64,000 nt of DNA from Gemmatimonadota bacterium. Its GTDB lineage: Bacteria > Gemmatimonadota > Gemmatimonadetes > Gemmatimonadales > GWC2-71-9. The stretch lies in NCBI GenBank assembly GCA_036679605.1, contig JAZDCZ010000251.1, positions 63,129-127,128 on the forward strand, written 5' to 3'. The notes below the pieces were generated by a model that had not been told where the DNA came from, ran no database searches, and saw only the letters and a program-made list of their open reading frames with translations. The translations under genes and the position numbers were made by a program. Below are positions 41,698 through 51,373 of this stretch, in pieces. Within the stretch, counting starts at the first letter, position 1; every line of letters begins with the position of its first letter.

Positions 41698-42125
41698 CCG
41701 ATTTCCTCTAACGTGGTTTTGAGGTGCTCGACGACAGCGTCGAAATGTTCGTCTTTCAGATCCAGGTGTCTATGTGCTTCGCGGAGCTTGTCGCTATCGT
41801 AGGTCACCGGACCACCACAAGCATACGACAAGAAGTCACGTTGGTTGTCGCGTAAGCACTTGGTGTCGATCCGATCGAAGAAATGTTTTATGCGACTGTC
41901 CGCGAGTACCCGGTCGTAGAAGCTATCGACTGCATGTTCCAGGACATCCTTGCCGCCAAGTTGCAAGTACAGGCTTTGAAATTCTTCTTGTGCTGGTACG
42001 AAGCGGCGTTTCGCCGTTCGTGTGAGACGCCAATGCAACGAGCCCGTCTCAAAGCCGCAGTCCGGGCACGTGCGCTCATCCTCCTTGAGCAGTCGGCCAC
42101 ACCGAGGGCAATCTAAGTTGAGCAT
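41679..42125 (-). CDS. Group I truncated hemoglobin with N-terminal zinc ribbon; C-terminus apparently clipped
   Basis: CPRC-x11-CPDC, then SLYLQLGG..AVDSFYDRVLAD..FF..Q..FL..GGP.TY..LREAH..HFDAV. Confidence 0.8.
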   Translation of the reverse strand: MLNLDCPRCGRLLKEDERTCPDCGFETGSLHWRLTRTAKRRFVPAQEEFQSLYLQLGGKDVLEHAVDSFYDRVLADSRIKHFFDRIDTKCLRDNQRDFLSYACGGPVTYDSDKLREAHRHLDLKDEHFDAVVEHLKTTLEEIGQRNAR

Positions 42126-42223
42126 GGAAGTCACCTTTTGGTAGGACACTCCCCTATGATATCTGTCGGAACTCAAGAATGAAAGGAGAGCATGGCGTCT
42201 CCGTTCCACTGCCCTGGGGCTTC

Positions 42224-43252
42224 CTATCCTTCCTCATCTGAGGAAAGCAATTCTGCGGCAAACCGGCTCACTATCTCGCCCGCGGGAAGCAACTCGTTGA
42301 TATCGCGAACGCTCTTGCCCGCCTGCCAATAATCGTGCTTCCCTTTCTCGTCGAGTGAAGCCCGCTTGAGTTGCCACAGCGAACGCAACGCGTAGATGGT
42401 TCGCATAAGATGTTTTGTTCGCCGGTGCCGCAACATCCAGCGAGCGATAGTACCGGCCTTCAAGCCCATCCTCTGGATATAGGGTGTGCGGATCACAGCG
42501 ACCGGAATTCCGGTCAAACGCTCGCTGTGCACGATGTCGTCCTCGCCTGCCCGGAGTATGGCCTGCTTGTAGACCTCGCTCGCATGACATTCGGTAGTAG
42601 CGATGAACCGTGTGCCGAGTTGCGCTCCATGATAACCAATCCGAAGTGCCTCGACGAACCCGCGTTCATCACCAATACCCCCCGCACAGATCACCGGCAG
42701 TGCTAGATCGTGCACCTCGTCAAAAAGCTCTTCGGCACTCTTGTTCCCCGCATGGCCACCCGCACGGCGATTCACTGCGACCAATCCGCGCACTCCTTCA
42801 TCTACGGCTTTGAGGGCCCACTTGCGCTCGGTCACGTCGTGATAGACGATGCCACCAACTTCCGATGCGCGCTCGACTACCCAGCCCGGCTTACCGAGCG
42901 ACGTGACGAAGAAGCGCACGCCCTCCTCCAGTGCAATGTCTACCCAACGCTCCATCCGCCTGCGGTACGTCTTTGACGACTGCTCGATCAACGCGTTCAT
43001 GCCGATCGGCTTGGACGTGAGGCGCTTGATGACACGCAGGCCCTCGCGGAAGTCGTGGCCGTGCACGTAGGTGAGCGAGATCGGTTGGACGATACCGATG
43101 CCGCCGGCTTCTGATACCGCGGCCACCAACTCGGCGTTACTACACGGGTACATGGCACCGCAGATCAATGGCACCGCGATTCCCGCATCGCGCGCAAAGG
43201 TAGTATCGAGGTGGAGCAGTCGTGCTCCGGGTGCCTCGTTCTTGTTTCCCAT
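42224..43252 (-). CDS. Nitronate monooxygenase / 2-nitropropane dioxygenase family
   Basis: AAVSEAGGIG, AGGHAG, PVICAGGI, GAQLGTRFIATTEC. Confidence 0.9.
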   Translation of the reverse strand: MGNKNEAPGARLLHLDTTFARDAGIAVPLICGAMYPCSNAELVAAVSEAGGIGIVQPISLTYVHGHDFREGLRVIKRLTSKPIGMNALIEQSSKTYRRRMERWVDIALEEGVRFFVTSLGKPGWVVERASEVGGIVYHDVTERKWALKAVDEGVRGLVAVNRRAGGHAGNKSAEELFDEVHDLALPVICAGGIGDERGFVEALRIGYHGAQLGTRFIATTECHASEVYKQAILRAGEDDIVHSERLTGIPVAVIRTPYIQRMGLKAGTIARWMLRHRRTKHLMRTIYALRSLWQLKRASLDEKGKHDYWQAGKSVRDINELLPAGEIVSRFAAELLSSDEEG

Positions 43253-43371
43253 GCTCCAGTCTCTTCAAACCACGGCTGTTAATCGCTTCATAGTATGCCG
43301 CCGTTTCCAGGACAGCAAGGTAATGGAGGGACTATTGCAAAACTCACCCTCCCCCACCTATTCTTCCTCCC

Positions 43372-44229
43372 GTGGGCAACAGTCTCCAACCATTGATTCG
43401 CAAGCTGATACCCCGGTCCGCTCGGAACTGGCTCAGATCCCCCACTCGATCGGTACGCTGGTTGCTCGAGGAGATCGAGTGCCGGATGGGTCGTCACCGA
43501 ACGATCGAGTTACGACAGGACTGGTCCCTAAAATTGGATCCGGCCGCCTACCGTGTTTTCTCGGCAGGCCAACTGGATGACCCCGTTCAAGCCGCCGAGT
43601 TGGATGAGTTCATTGCAACGTGCAGCGACGGCATGGTGTTGTTCGATGTCGGTGCGCACTTTGGCGTGTTTTCCCTCGCAACAATACACTACGGCGGATC
43701 GAACGCGCGTGCGCTCGCAGTCGAGCCATCCACTTCGGCATGCCGCGTGCTGAACAACCAAGCGAAACTGAACGGTATTGCCGACCAGATCACTGTGGTT
43801 CGAGCCGCGGCCGGTAACTCGAGTGGCTGGATTAACATGCTCGCTACCGGTGTTATCGCCGACGGTTATCTCGTGCCGGCTGACGGCAACCGGCCCGCCG
43901 CAGATCTCACCAGAGTCAGGTCAGTGACAGTTGACGAACTGGTTCGCGAGACGTCGTTACATCCCACGCATCTCAAGGTCGACGTAGAGGGCCAAGAAGC
44001 AGCAGTGCTCCGTGGCGCACACGAACTGCTATCGAGCAATGCTACTCCACTCGTGTTCATCGAACTGCACAACGACATCGTGCGCGAACGCGGAGACGAT
44101 CCGTCGGAGTCATTGAACCTCTTGCAGAGCTACGGTTACGGTGACCTTAGCATCGCCGGCCGGCAGGTGTCGCAGAAAGACTTATTGATCGAACCCCTAG
44201 TTCGAGCTGTGGTTCGCAAGCGGCCCTGA
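43372..44229 (+). CDS. FkbM family methyltransferase
   Basis: FDVGAHFGVFS, AVEP, LKVDVEGQE..VLRGA. Confidence 0.9.
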   Translation: MGNSLQPLIRKLIPRSARNWLRSPTRSVRWLLEEIECRMGRHRTIELRQDWSLKLDPAAYRVFSAGQLDDPVQAAELDEFIATCSDGMVLFDVGAHFGVFSLATIHYGGSNARALAVEPSTSACRVLNNQAKLNGIADQITVVRAAAGNSSGWINMLATGVIADGYLVPADGNRPAADLTRVRSVTVDELVRETSLHPTHLKVDVEGQEAAVLRGAHELLSSNATPLVFIELHNDIVRERGDDPSESLNLLQSYGYGDLSIAGRQVSQKDLLIEPLVRAVVRKRP

Positions 44230-44407
44230 GCGGAAGCCGGTCATCTCCTCGCTTGTGGGAAATGCATCGAACCATCTTCGACAGCTACTTGCCAGAAGTC
44301 AGGGCGGTCCAAATATTCTCAACAGATTTGGCAAATCTAAGCACGGCGTCATCCTCTGTGCACTGCGTCGCAATTCTCTATGGACCAACGGATCGTACGG
44401 AGCGCGA

Positions 44408-45631
44408 CTAGTGCTCTACCCCATAGCACACAATAGCTTCTTCGTTGTCTTGTGACCGCGTCACGCCGCAGATCGAGCTTTGGGAGACAGCGAGCGGGCG
44501 GAATCGGACTGGCATCGTCACCCGTAACGGCCTGATCGAAGCAGGGTCCCAAACGGTCCATTCACCCGCTGACGTGTCCGGCGGCGGATATCTCTCTAGC
44601 CACACCCTCTTCATGGGGTCAATCAGAAAGCGCCGATACGCAGGGTACAGCCGGGGATACGGCATCTCCATCACTCGACGTTGTTCGATGGCACGCTGCT
44701 CAGCGCGTGCTTTCGCAAGCTCCGAGCGGCGATACATCTTGATGTCCGAAGGTGACACGGGCCGTGCCACCTCATCGGATCGATACTCGCCACTCAGACG
44801 ACCTGAATATGAGTAGAACGAAACTCTTGCTGCGGAGCCGTCGCCGACCACGAATCCACCAGGAGTGGCCACGACGGTCGTGCTCCTGCCGAAAGCAAGC
44901 ATCCAGTAGGCGATGCCTCCGAATTGAGGAGGTACTTCCTGAATAAAGTGCTCCCTCTCTAGGAACCTGCCCACTCTGCCTACCAGTTCACCCGTGACAT
45001 CATATCTAAACACTACCTGTGAAAAGCCGACGGCCACGGGGCTTGGTCGGGCTGTCGTTACCTCTGAGTACCCCACAAGCAACGTTCCGTCCAACAGCGC
45101 AACGACAAGAGTAACCGACCCGCCCACACCAGGCGGAGGAGTCAGGGCAATGGTCTTGACGAAGGAACCGTCGGACTTGAACAGGGAAAAGCGGCGAAGC
45201 ATTGCGTCGTACACTAGGAGAGAATCGCCCGGCATTCTCTGAAGGAAGGTGAGATCCTGAAACTCTCCGGGACCCGAGCCCTCACGGCCGCTTTTCCTCA
45301 GGAACTCTCCATTCCGGTCGAAAAAACAGAGTTCAGAGTTACCCGAATTCGCGACAACTGACTTGCCCCCCTTAAGAAGAAGTATCGCCGAAACTCTGTA
45401 GAACCCGCAGTCCGGCAGGGGGCGCAAGCGTACGGTGGGGACACCGGTAAGCCGTAGTGTGCTCTTGCGCATGCCGTCGGCGGTGAAGGTGAAGATCCGG
45501 ACGCCTGCACTGTCGATTGATGGAGCCGCCTGAGCCTTGATACGCGAGGCAGTTATCGGCTGAAGGACCCCGACAATACATGCGGCCAGGTAACGCATTG
45601 GCAACCGCCACTGGCAGAATCGGTATCTCAC
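44408..45631 (-). CDS. Exported 6-bladed beta-propeller-like protein; start may be ~45598
   Basis: FFDRNGEFLRKSGREGSGPGEFQ and GDSLLVYD NHL-like repeats; signal peptide. Confidence 0.75.
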   Translation of the reverse strand: MRYRFCQWRLPMRYLAACIVGVLQPITASRIKAQAAPSIDSAGVRIFTFTADGMRKSTLRLTGVPTVRLRPLPDCGFYRVSAILLLKGGKSVVANSGNSELCFFDRNGEFLRKSGREGSGPGEFQDLTFLQRMPGDSLLVYDAMLRRFSLFKSDGSFVKTIALTPPPGVGGSVTLVVALLDGTLLVGYSEVTTARPSPVAVGFSQVVFRYDVTGELVGRVGRFLEREHFIQEVPPQFGGIAYWMLAFGRSTTVVATPGGFVVGDGSAARVSFYSYSGRLSGEYRSDEVARPVSPSDIKMYRRSELAKARAEQRAIEQRRVMEMPYPRLYPAYRRFLIDPMKRVWLERYPPPDTSAGEWTVWDPASIRPLRVTMPVRFRPLAVSQSSICGVTRSQDNEEAIVCYGVEH

Positions 45632-45652
45632 TCAGTTCCCCTCAAACAACAG

Positions 45653-46249
45653 CTACGGTTGATGATTCGACTCGGAATCGAAGTCCACGGCGAACGCATT
45701 GATGCTGCTGGCGCCGACCTTCCGCATAAGCAACCGATCTGGAGTCACGCTCAAGGTCGTCTTCTCAGCAACGATATCGCGTTCCAAAATGATGAGCTGC
45801 GGGGTTGATAACTGTCCCGGCTTGCCCCGCAACAAGAAATCGATCGATCCAGTGTTAAGCCAACTCCCGCCCGCCAGAATCTCGTCGAATGGGCCGTAGG
45901 GCTTCAGGAATTCGATCCCTTCCTCAGGTGTTTGGTCTAGAGCCACTCCCATCCAAACCAGCCGCTTGCCTTCAGAGATCGCCTGATTTGCCAATTGCCG
46001 GCGAATACTACGAAGGGACGGCTTAAGGTTAGCGTCACGAGACGCCGGGCACGTCGACGATGTGACGTAGATTGCTACTAGCTCAGTTCCTGTGCGCACT
46101 CGCGCTAACGGCGTTTCGCTCGTCCCCTCCTCGACCGGCCCCGCACCTCGCAATGTTCTGAGCACAATTACTCCAATAAGTAACGAGATGCAAACGACCG
46201 CAAGTGCGCCACCGAGAATGGCGAGAAGCCGCTCTGATGCCTTACTCAC
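45653..46249 (-). CDS. Membrane-anchored thioredoxin-like hypothetical protein
   Basis: N-terminal TM; LVAIYVTSSTCPAS (CxxS) and later TPQLIIL resembling the cis-Pro loop. Confidence 0.55.
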   Translation of the reverse strand: MSKASERLLAILGGALAVVCISLLIGVIVLRTLRGAGPVEEGTSETPLARVRTGTELVAIYVTSSTCPASRDANLKPSLRSIRRQLANQAISEGKRLVWMGVALDQTPEEGIEFLKPYGPFDEILAGGSWLNTGSIDFLLRGKPGQLSTPQLIILERDIVAEKTTLSVTPDRLLMRKVGASSINAFAVDFDSESNHQP

Positions 46250-47280
46250 GATATGAGACGGTGTACGTAGTGAAGCGCACCACGTCTTTCACCCTCGGCT
46301 CACCCACGACGAGCCGCGCAGCGGTTGCAGCATACACAAATGGAATGTCATCCTGAGAGCCAACCACGCGCCCGTCGCGAGCGCTGATCAGCCACGTTTT
46401 CAGCGTAACGTGACTTCCACTCATTCCGTGGCGACGCTCGATTTGCACCGCAACGAGCCCCGCCGCCGGAGAAAAGACGGATATCACCTGATCCCAGAGG
46501 CTGTCGGCCGAGTATCCGTATCGCACGGTCTGCGGATTCGGATGGTCCATTCGAATGGTGCGAAATCCATCGAAGGAGCGGTTCCATCGCAGTTGGCCCT
46601 TTTCAGAATATGCGCGCAGTTCAGGGTACAGCGACGACGCAACTATGACGAGTCGCTCAGTGTTCATACATAGTAAGTGACCGAAACCGTAAACGTCGTC
46701 ACCAAGGACTGATGGATCCCCGAAAGGCACTCCAAAACTGGTCTGCTTCTGATCCCGACCGAACGTGTGCACCACGGCACTGGCTCCGTAGTCGCCTTCA
46801 GTCCCCATAACGAAAATTCGCGCACGAACTGTGCAGGCGGCAGAGATACGGAGCAATCCCAGGTTCCGTTCAGAAACCTTGCGCCAGCCTGATGGATCAT
46901 TATGAGCAAAAGACGTCGCCGTACCTGTTCGAGCGTCGATCAGGTTGAAGAATCCTTCCGGATTGTATGTCAGAGCTACCGGCTCCGCAGCGTGCACATC
47001 CAATGTTTCAAGGAAGGCTGGTCTTCCGACCCATCGACCATCCACGTCGAGCAGAGTAAGCACCCTGCGCTCGCTGTCGAACAGCGCGAAGCCGCTCGTC
47101 CCCGTTGGGACAACGTCCCGGATCTCGCCGAAACTCGATCCATCCTTGAATCGCCGAATCTCAGCGACTTCTCGCTCGAGTAGCAATCGCTGAGCATCTG
47201 CTTCGGAACTCGACAGCAGGCTGAAGCATACGAACCACGGAAGACTGGCCCAAAGCAACAGCATCTTGCCCACTGCCATA
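46242..47280 (-). CDS. Exported beta-propeller-like hypothetical protein
   Basis: Signal peptide (..ADAQ); repeated beta-strand blades (FGEIRDV..ALFD..LLDVDGR; LRAYSEKGQL). Confidence 0.6.
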
Positions 47281-47362
47281 ATGTTTCCTTCGTTCATGGT
47301 AACAGTCCCAGCGTTGTGTCACGGTGCCACAAGTGTGATCACCCTAGATCGTCTGGATGGTC

Positions 47363-47396
47363 CAGAGGGTGGATGCCCTCGCACACCCACCCTCTG
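47363..47396 (-). terminator. Stem-loop downstream of the peptide gene
   Basis: cagagggtgg / ccaccctctg 10-bp stem; no clear U-tract. Confidence 0.45.
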
Positions 47397-47439
47397 ACAG
47401 GATTGAGGGTTCAAGGCCCAGCGGCCTCAACTAGTCTCC

Positions 47440-47676
47440 TCACTCCACCCCGCACTTCGACCAACCATCGCAGTAATGCGGGGGCGTGCCGGACAAGTTG
47501 CAGCCGCTGTTCCAGTTATACTGACAGCTGGTTTCGCCGGGGTTACAGTAGGTGTTGCCGCACACAAGTGCCGCCGCGGCCTTCGCCTGCAGTGTTGGTG
47601 CGGTCAGCGTCATCGCGGCCGCCCCAGCGGTGACTAGGGTGAACATCGCGACGAACAGAAGCTTTGCTCTTTGCAT
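47440..47676 (-). CDS. Small secreted six-cysteine peptide (78 aa precursor)
   Basis: GGAGGA RBS; hydrophobic leader, then CGNTYCNPGETSCQYNWNSGCNLSGTPPHYCDGWSKCGVE. Confidence 0.8.
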   Translation of the reverse strand: MQRAKLLFVAMFTLVTAGAAAMTLTAPTLQAKAAAALVCGNTYCNPGETSCQYNWNSGCNLSGTPPHYCDGWSKCGVE

Positions 47677-47778
47677 CGTTCCTCCAATTTTGGTGTGTTC
47701 ACAGGAGTGATCGCGCAACGGGCAAACCCGACTGCTAACGGCTCCTGTCTGCACCGGAACCCATTTTGAGTTCCGTGA

Positions 47779-48429
47779 TCACCGTTGGCTCAATAACACT
47801 TGCACTATGCTGTCCATAGCAACTCCAGAGGGCGACGAAGAGAACAGCAACTCGTTCATCATGATGGTGGGAGTACCTCGGACGCCCAAGCGCTCGCCAG
47901 CTGCTACGTCATTGGCGATTGAAGTGTTATCGCCGCCTTCACGAATGCAGGTCGCGAACGCGATGGTATCAGGGACGCCGCCGCGTTCTGCAAACCAGTT
48001 CCACGACCTGCGTCCGAGAGAGTCCTGGAACGCGAACATGATCGCTGCCACGCTTTCGAAGCGATCTTGGCGGCCTGCACACTCAGTAGCGACGGCGGCC
48101 GCGTACGCGTACGCGTGAATATTGTCGAGCGGAAAGTGTCGAACAACGACCGCGACATCCTTCGGGTATCTTGCCCGAAGACTGGCAAGATCTGTCGCAG
48201 TTTTTGCGCAGTACGGGCATTCGAAGTCGACAAATTCCACTATCGTTACTCGTGCGTCGGATGGGCCCGACCAGTGACCCGCCGATGAGTATGACCGCCA
48301 GTCACTTACACGCTCAATGGTGGGTGGTCCCTCCCTCACAACAGGACGCAGTTGGGTAGTGAGAGCGGTCACGGTAAGAATGACCGCGCTAATCGATGTG
48401 ACCATGAGCGTCGCATCCAATCCCTTCAT
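47779..48429 (-). CDS. DsbA-family thiol:disulfide oxidoreductase
   Basis: VTIVEFVDFECPYC, RHFPL, GVRGTPT; N-terminal anchor; GAGG RBS. Confidence 0.92.
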   Translation of the reverse strand: MKGLDATLMVTSISAVILTVTALTTQLRPVVREGPPTIERVSDWRSYSSAGHWSGPSDARVTIVEFVDFECPYCAKTATDLASLRARYPKDVAVVVRHFPLDNIHAYAYAAAVATECAGRQDRFESVAAIMFAFQDSLGRRSWNWFAERGGVPDTIAFATCIREGGDNTSIANDVAAGERLGVRGTPTIMMNELLFSSSPSGVAMDSIVQVLLSQR

Positions 48430-48537
48430 TCATACCTCCTTGCAGCGGCCATAAGGTCGGTAGGACTCGCGGCTCTTTGCGCAAGCAGCATCAGAACAGT
48501 ACCTGAACCATATGCACAATTCTTCCAGACAGCGAGA

Positions 48538-48590
48538 GTCCGAACGTGCATTTCTAGGGTCCGAACGTGCACTTTTAGGGTCCGAACGTG
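48538..48590. repeat. Three GTCCGAACGTG direct repeats at 21-bp period
   Basis: Copies start at 48538, 48559 and 48580, between the regulator stop and dsbA. Confidence 0.85.
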
Positions 48591-48603
48591 ATCGACCAGG
48601 CGA

Positions 48604-49347
48604 TTAGATGCCCGATGAAGCGCATAGACTCGGCGGATCCCATCTGTTCCAAGGCACCTCGATACCCGCACGCCGACATGCACGCCGAAAGTCCGTCCGG
48701 TCGTAAATCCCTAGATACGGCTCGAACCTCTTCCGTGACACCCCTGCCCGGGCGAACCAGATCCACGACTCGGCTCGCAGCGCCGTAACCAAATACTCGG
48801 TCCGCTCGAACTCGCAGGCGTGTACTGTATCTCTGACCTTCCCACGAGATACGGCAAGCGCCTTGGCGAAATCGACCGTCGTTTGCACACCTGCCGGTTT
48901 GTGGACGAAGACTTCGAGCACTCGGCGCGGAATCATCGCCAGCTCCGGCACGGACATGATATGGGGCATCAGTCCACGAGCGCCCGGACTCGCGAGCTTT
49001 CGAACGGCCTCTACCAAGGCGCTAGAGTCAAGATTTCTGGAGGGTACGGACACCAGGTTCCCACAGGCCATATACGGCAAGGCTCTGACCGGAATGCCTT
49101 GTTCACCCGCAACCAGCACGATATTCTGGATGTTCGCCGCCGGTACCCGCGCTAGCCAGTCACTATCCACCAACCAGAACCGCCGGTCGCGCGGCCTGTC
49201 GGGAAATGCGGGGGGGGACGCAGCAACACGGAACTCGAGCCCCAGTCGCCGCAACTCGGACTTGACTCGGCTCTCAAGGCCAGGATCGGCCACACACACG
49301 AGAATCCGTGCATTCTCCACGCAATGCTCCTTCTCCGCGACGGCCAA
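48604..49347 (-). CDS. Divergent AraC-like regulator with degenerate receiver-like N-terminus
   Basis: RILVCVAD..FWLVD; C-terminal TTVDFAKALAVSRGKV and LGIYDRTDFRRACRR resemble the two AraC HTHs. Confidence 0.55.
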   Translation of the reverse strand: MAVAEKEHCVENARILVCVADPGLESRVKSELRRLGLEFRVAASPPAFPDRPRDRRFWLVDSDWLARVPAANIQNIVLVAGEQGIPVRALPYMACGNLVSVPSRNLDSSALVEAVRKLASPGARGLMPHIMSVPELAMIPRRVLEVFVHKPAGVQTTVDFAKALAVSRGKVRDTVHACEFERTEYLVTALRAESWIWFARAGVSRKRFEPYLGIYDRTDFRRACRRAGIEVPWNRWDPPSLCASSGI

Positions 49348-49405
49348 TTCTTACAGGTATCGCTAGATCAGGGACGTGTCAATACCCGCTCGCAAGATGT
49401 CCTGA

Positions 49406-50245
49406 TCACAACCCCGTCATCTCCTCGCTCACATCCCACAGTCTACGTGCCAGCTCCATATCGCACGAAGCCCTAGAAGACCGGACTTCCCGATCGCGAT
49501 TGAAATATTTCCCGGTGACCGCGGCGAACTCGGGAGCGGTTGCCAGACGTACAATCGACTCCGCACTTTTTCTAGGACTGATGTAAAACAGTTTGAAAAT
49601 ACGCAGCAAGTAATTCAACGGATTATTATTACGATTCCAGATGCGCGTAGCCACAACACCGGGGTGCAAGGCAAGTGTCGTTACTCCGGTGCCCTCTAGA
49701 CGCCGGGCCAGCTCGTGGGTGAACAGCACATTGGCCAGCTTCGAGCGCGCATACGCATCGATCCAGTTGTATCGTCGCTCCATGCACAGGTCTTCGAAGT
49801 CGATTGTCCCACGCCGATGAGCCTCTGAACTGACGGTAATGACCCGTGACGGCGAACTCACCTTGAGTGTATCTAGTAGCAGGTTCGTGAGCAGGAACGG
49901 AGCTAAATGATTGACGGCAAACGTGGTCTCGATGCCGTCGTCCGTAACCGTGCGTTTGCTGAGGTAGAGACCAGCGTTGTTGATCAACACATCCAGCCGG
50001 TCGTGAGACTGTAAGAACTTCCGCACCAGCTTACGAACTTGCTCTTGCGACCCCAGATCGGCCGTAAGGAGTTCTACGCTGGAATTCTCGCTCCTCCGAC
50101 GGATATCGCGGAGCGCCGGTTCGCCGCGCTGCTCGTTGCGGCACACGATCACCACTCGGGCGCCGAGCTTGGCCAGATGCTGAGCAGCGGCCTTGCCGAT
50201 CCCGGAACTTGCACCCGTCACGAGAATGGTCTTGTCGCCTATCAC
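49406..50245 (-). CDS. SDR oxidoreductase (retinol dehydrogenase-like)
   Basis: TGASSGIG, NNAG, FAVNHLAPF, YARSK. Confidence 0.93.
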   Translation of the reverse strand: MIGDKTILVTGASSGIGKAAAQHLAKLGARVVIVCRNEQRGEPALRDIRRRSENSSVELLTADLGSQEQVRKLVRKFLQSHDRLDVLINNAGLYLSKRTVTDDGIETTFAVNHLAPFLLTNLLLDTLKVSSPSRVITVSSEAHRRGTIDFEDLCMERRYNWIDAYARSKLANVLFTHELARRLEGTGVTTLALHPGVVATRIWNRNNNPLNYLLRIFKLFYISPRKSAESIVRLATAPEFAAVTGKYFNRDREVRSSRASCDMELARRLWDVSEEMTGL

Positions 50246-50598
50246 GACGATCGCGTCTCGTCATAGAACACCGCCAACCAGACGGTGTCCTGCGTCCCAT
50301 GGGTGCCCTCGACGCGGTGCTTGAGGTGAGCGGGAATGTTTATGTAATCCCCGGGTGCCAGAGCAACTCTGCCGCCATCCATGAACACGATGGTCGCGCT
50401 GCCAGACAAGAGAATCACCCACTCGGCCTGTTCCTGGTCGTACCAGAAACCATCGGGAGACCGATGACCTCGGGAAACGATGCGCTCGATCCGTACATGG
50501 GTGTCACTTGCAAGTATCTCGACCAACTCGCCGGTCAATTGCGGTGGGATGCCGCCGAAGAAATTCCCATCCGGTTGACCCAACACCTCTGCAGTCAT
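50242..50598 (-). CDS. Cupin domain protein
   Basis: VRIERIVSRGH.SP.GFWYDQ..EWVILLSG..IPAHLKHRV..TVWLAV. Confidence 0.88.
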   Translation of the reverse strand: MTAEVLGQPDGNFFGGIPPQLTGELVEILASDTHVRIERIVSRGHRSPDGFWYDQEQAEWVILLSGSATIVFMDGGRVALAPGDYINIPAHLKHRVEGTHGTQDTVWLAVFYDETRSS

Positions 50599-50668
50599 GC
50601 CAGACCTCGCTAAGTGGGGTATCATTCACGGGCCATCAAACTTAGCACGCTTCATCCCGGAGACCACT

Positions 50669-51331
50669 TTGGCCTGGTCCGATTTTATCAACAGTCTGCG
50701 ACTGGATCTCCTGTTCGCGCTAATCTCGGCCGTGTTCCTGGGCGGTGCCGTCGGCCTGGAGCGGGAGATCCACGGAAAAGCTGCGGGACTCCGCACCAAT
50801 ATCCTCATTTGTGTCGGCGCGACGTTGTTTACGCAGCTCTCCATTTATCTTGGCACCACATCCGGGGACCCGAGCCGCATCGCCGCCCAAGTCGTTACGG
50901 GTGTTGGCTTCATCGGGGCCGGGGCTATTCTCCGGGAGCGCGGTGCCCTGACAGGCTTGACCAGCGCCGCCACGATCTGGCTCGTGGCGGCCATTGGAAT
51001 GGCCATTGGTGCGGGCTGGGTGTTCGAGGCCGCCGGAGTGACACTGCTCGTGCTACTTGTGCTCGGTGGCCTGGGACGTATCGAGCGATGGCTCCAGGAA
51101 CGGGGCAGCATGACCCATTGCTCCGTGGAGATTACCGATCCCACTGCAGTCGACGAGTTGGAGCGACTGATCGAGCAGGCGGGAGCGACGATCGACGAGG
51201 CCAACACCGAGACCCGGGACGACCGAACCTTCCTACACCTTGCGATCCGCGGAACCAAGCGATCCCGCGACCGGGCCAAGTTGGCCCTGCTGCAGGTGAC
51301 CGGCTCCTACCGTGTATCGGTGGACGAGTAG
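50669..51331 (+). CDS. MgtC/SapB family membrane protein; start approximate
   Basis: GLERE..KAAGLRT, DPSRIAAQVVTGVGFIGAG, GLTSAATIW. Confidence 0.92.
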   Translation: MAWSDFINSLRLDLLFALISAVFLGGAVGLEREIHGKAAGLRTNILICVGATLFTQLSIYLGTTSGDPSRIAAQVVTGVGFIGAGAILRERGALTGLTSAATIWLVAAIGMAIGAGWVFEAAGVTLLVLLVLGGLGRIERWLQERGSMTHCSVEITDPTAVDELERLIEQAGATIDEANTETRDDRTFLHLAIRGTKRSRDRAKLALLQVTGSYRVSVDE

Positions 51332-51373
51332 AACGCGCCACGCGTACTCAGCGCCGTCCCGCTCTACTTGTCC

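Noticed and set aside
48538..48590. Possible mini-CRISPR
   Set aside because: 11-bp repeats with near-identical 10-bp spacers and no cas genes; fits a protein-binding array.
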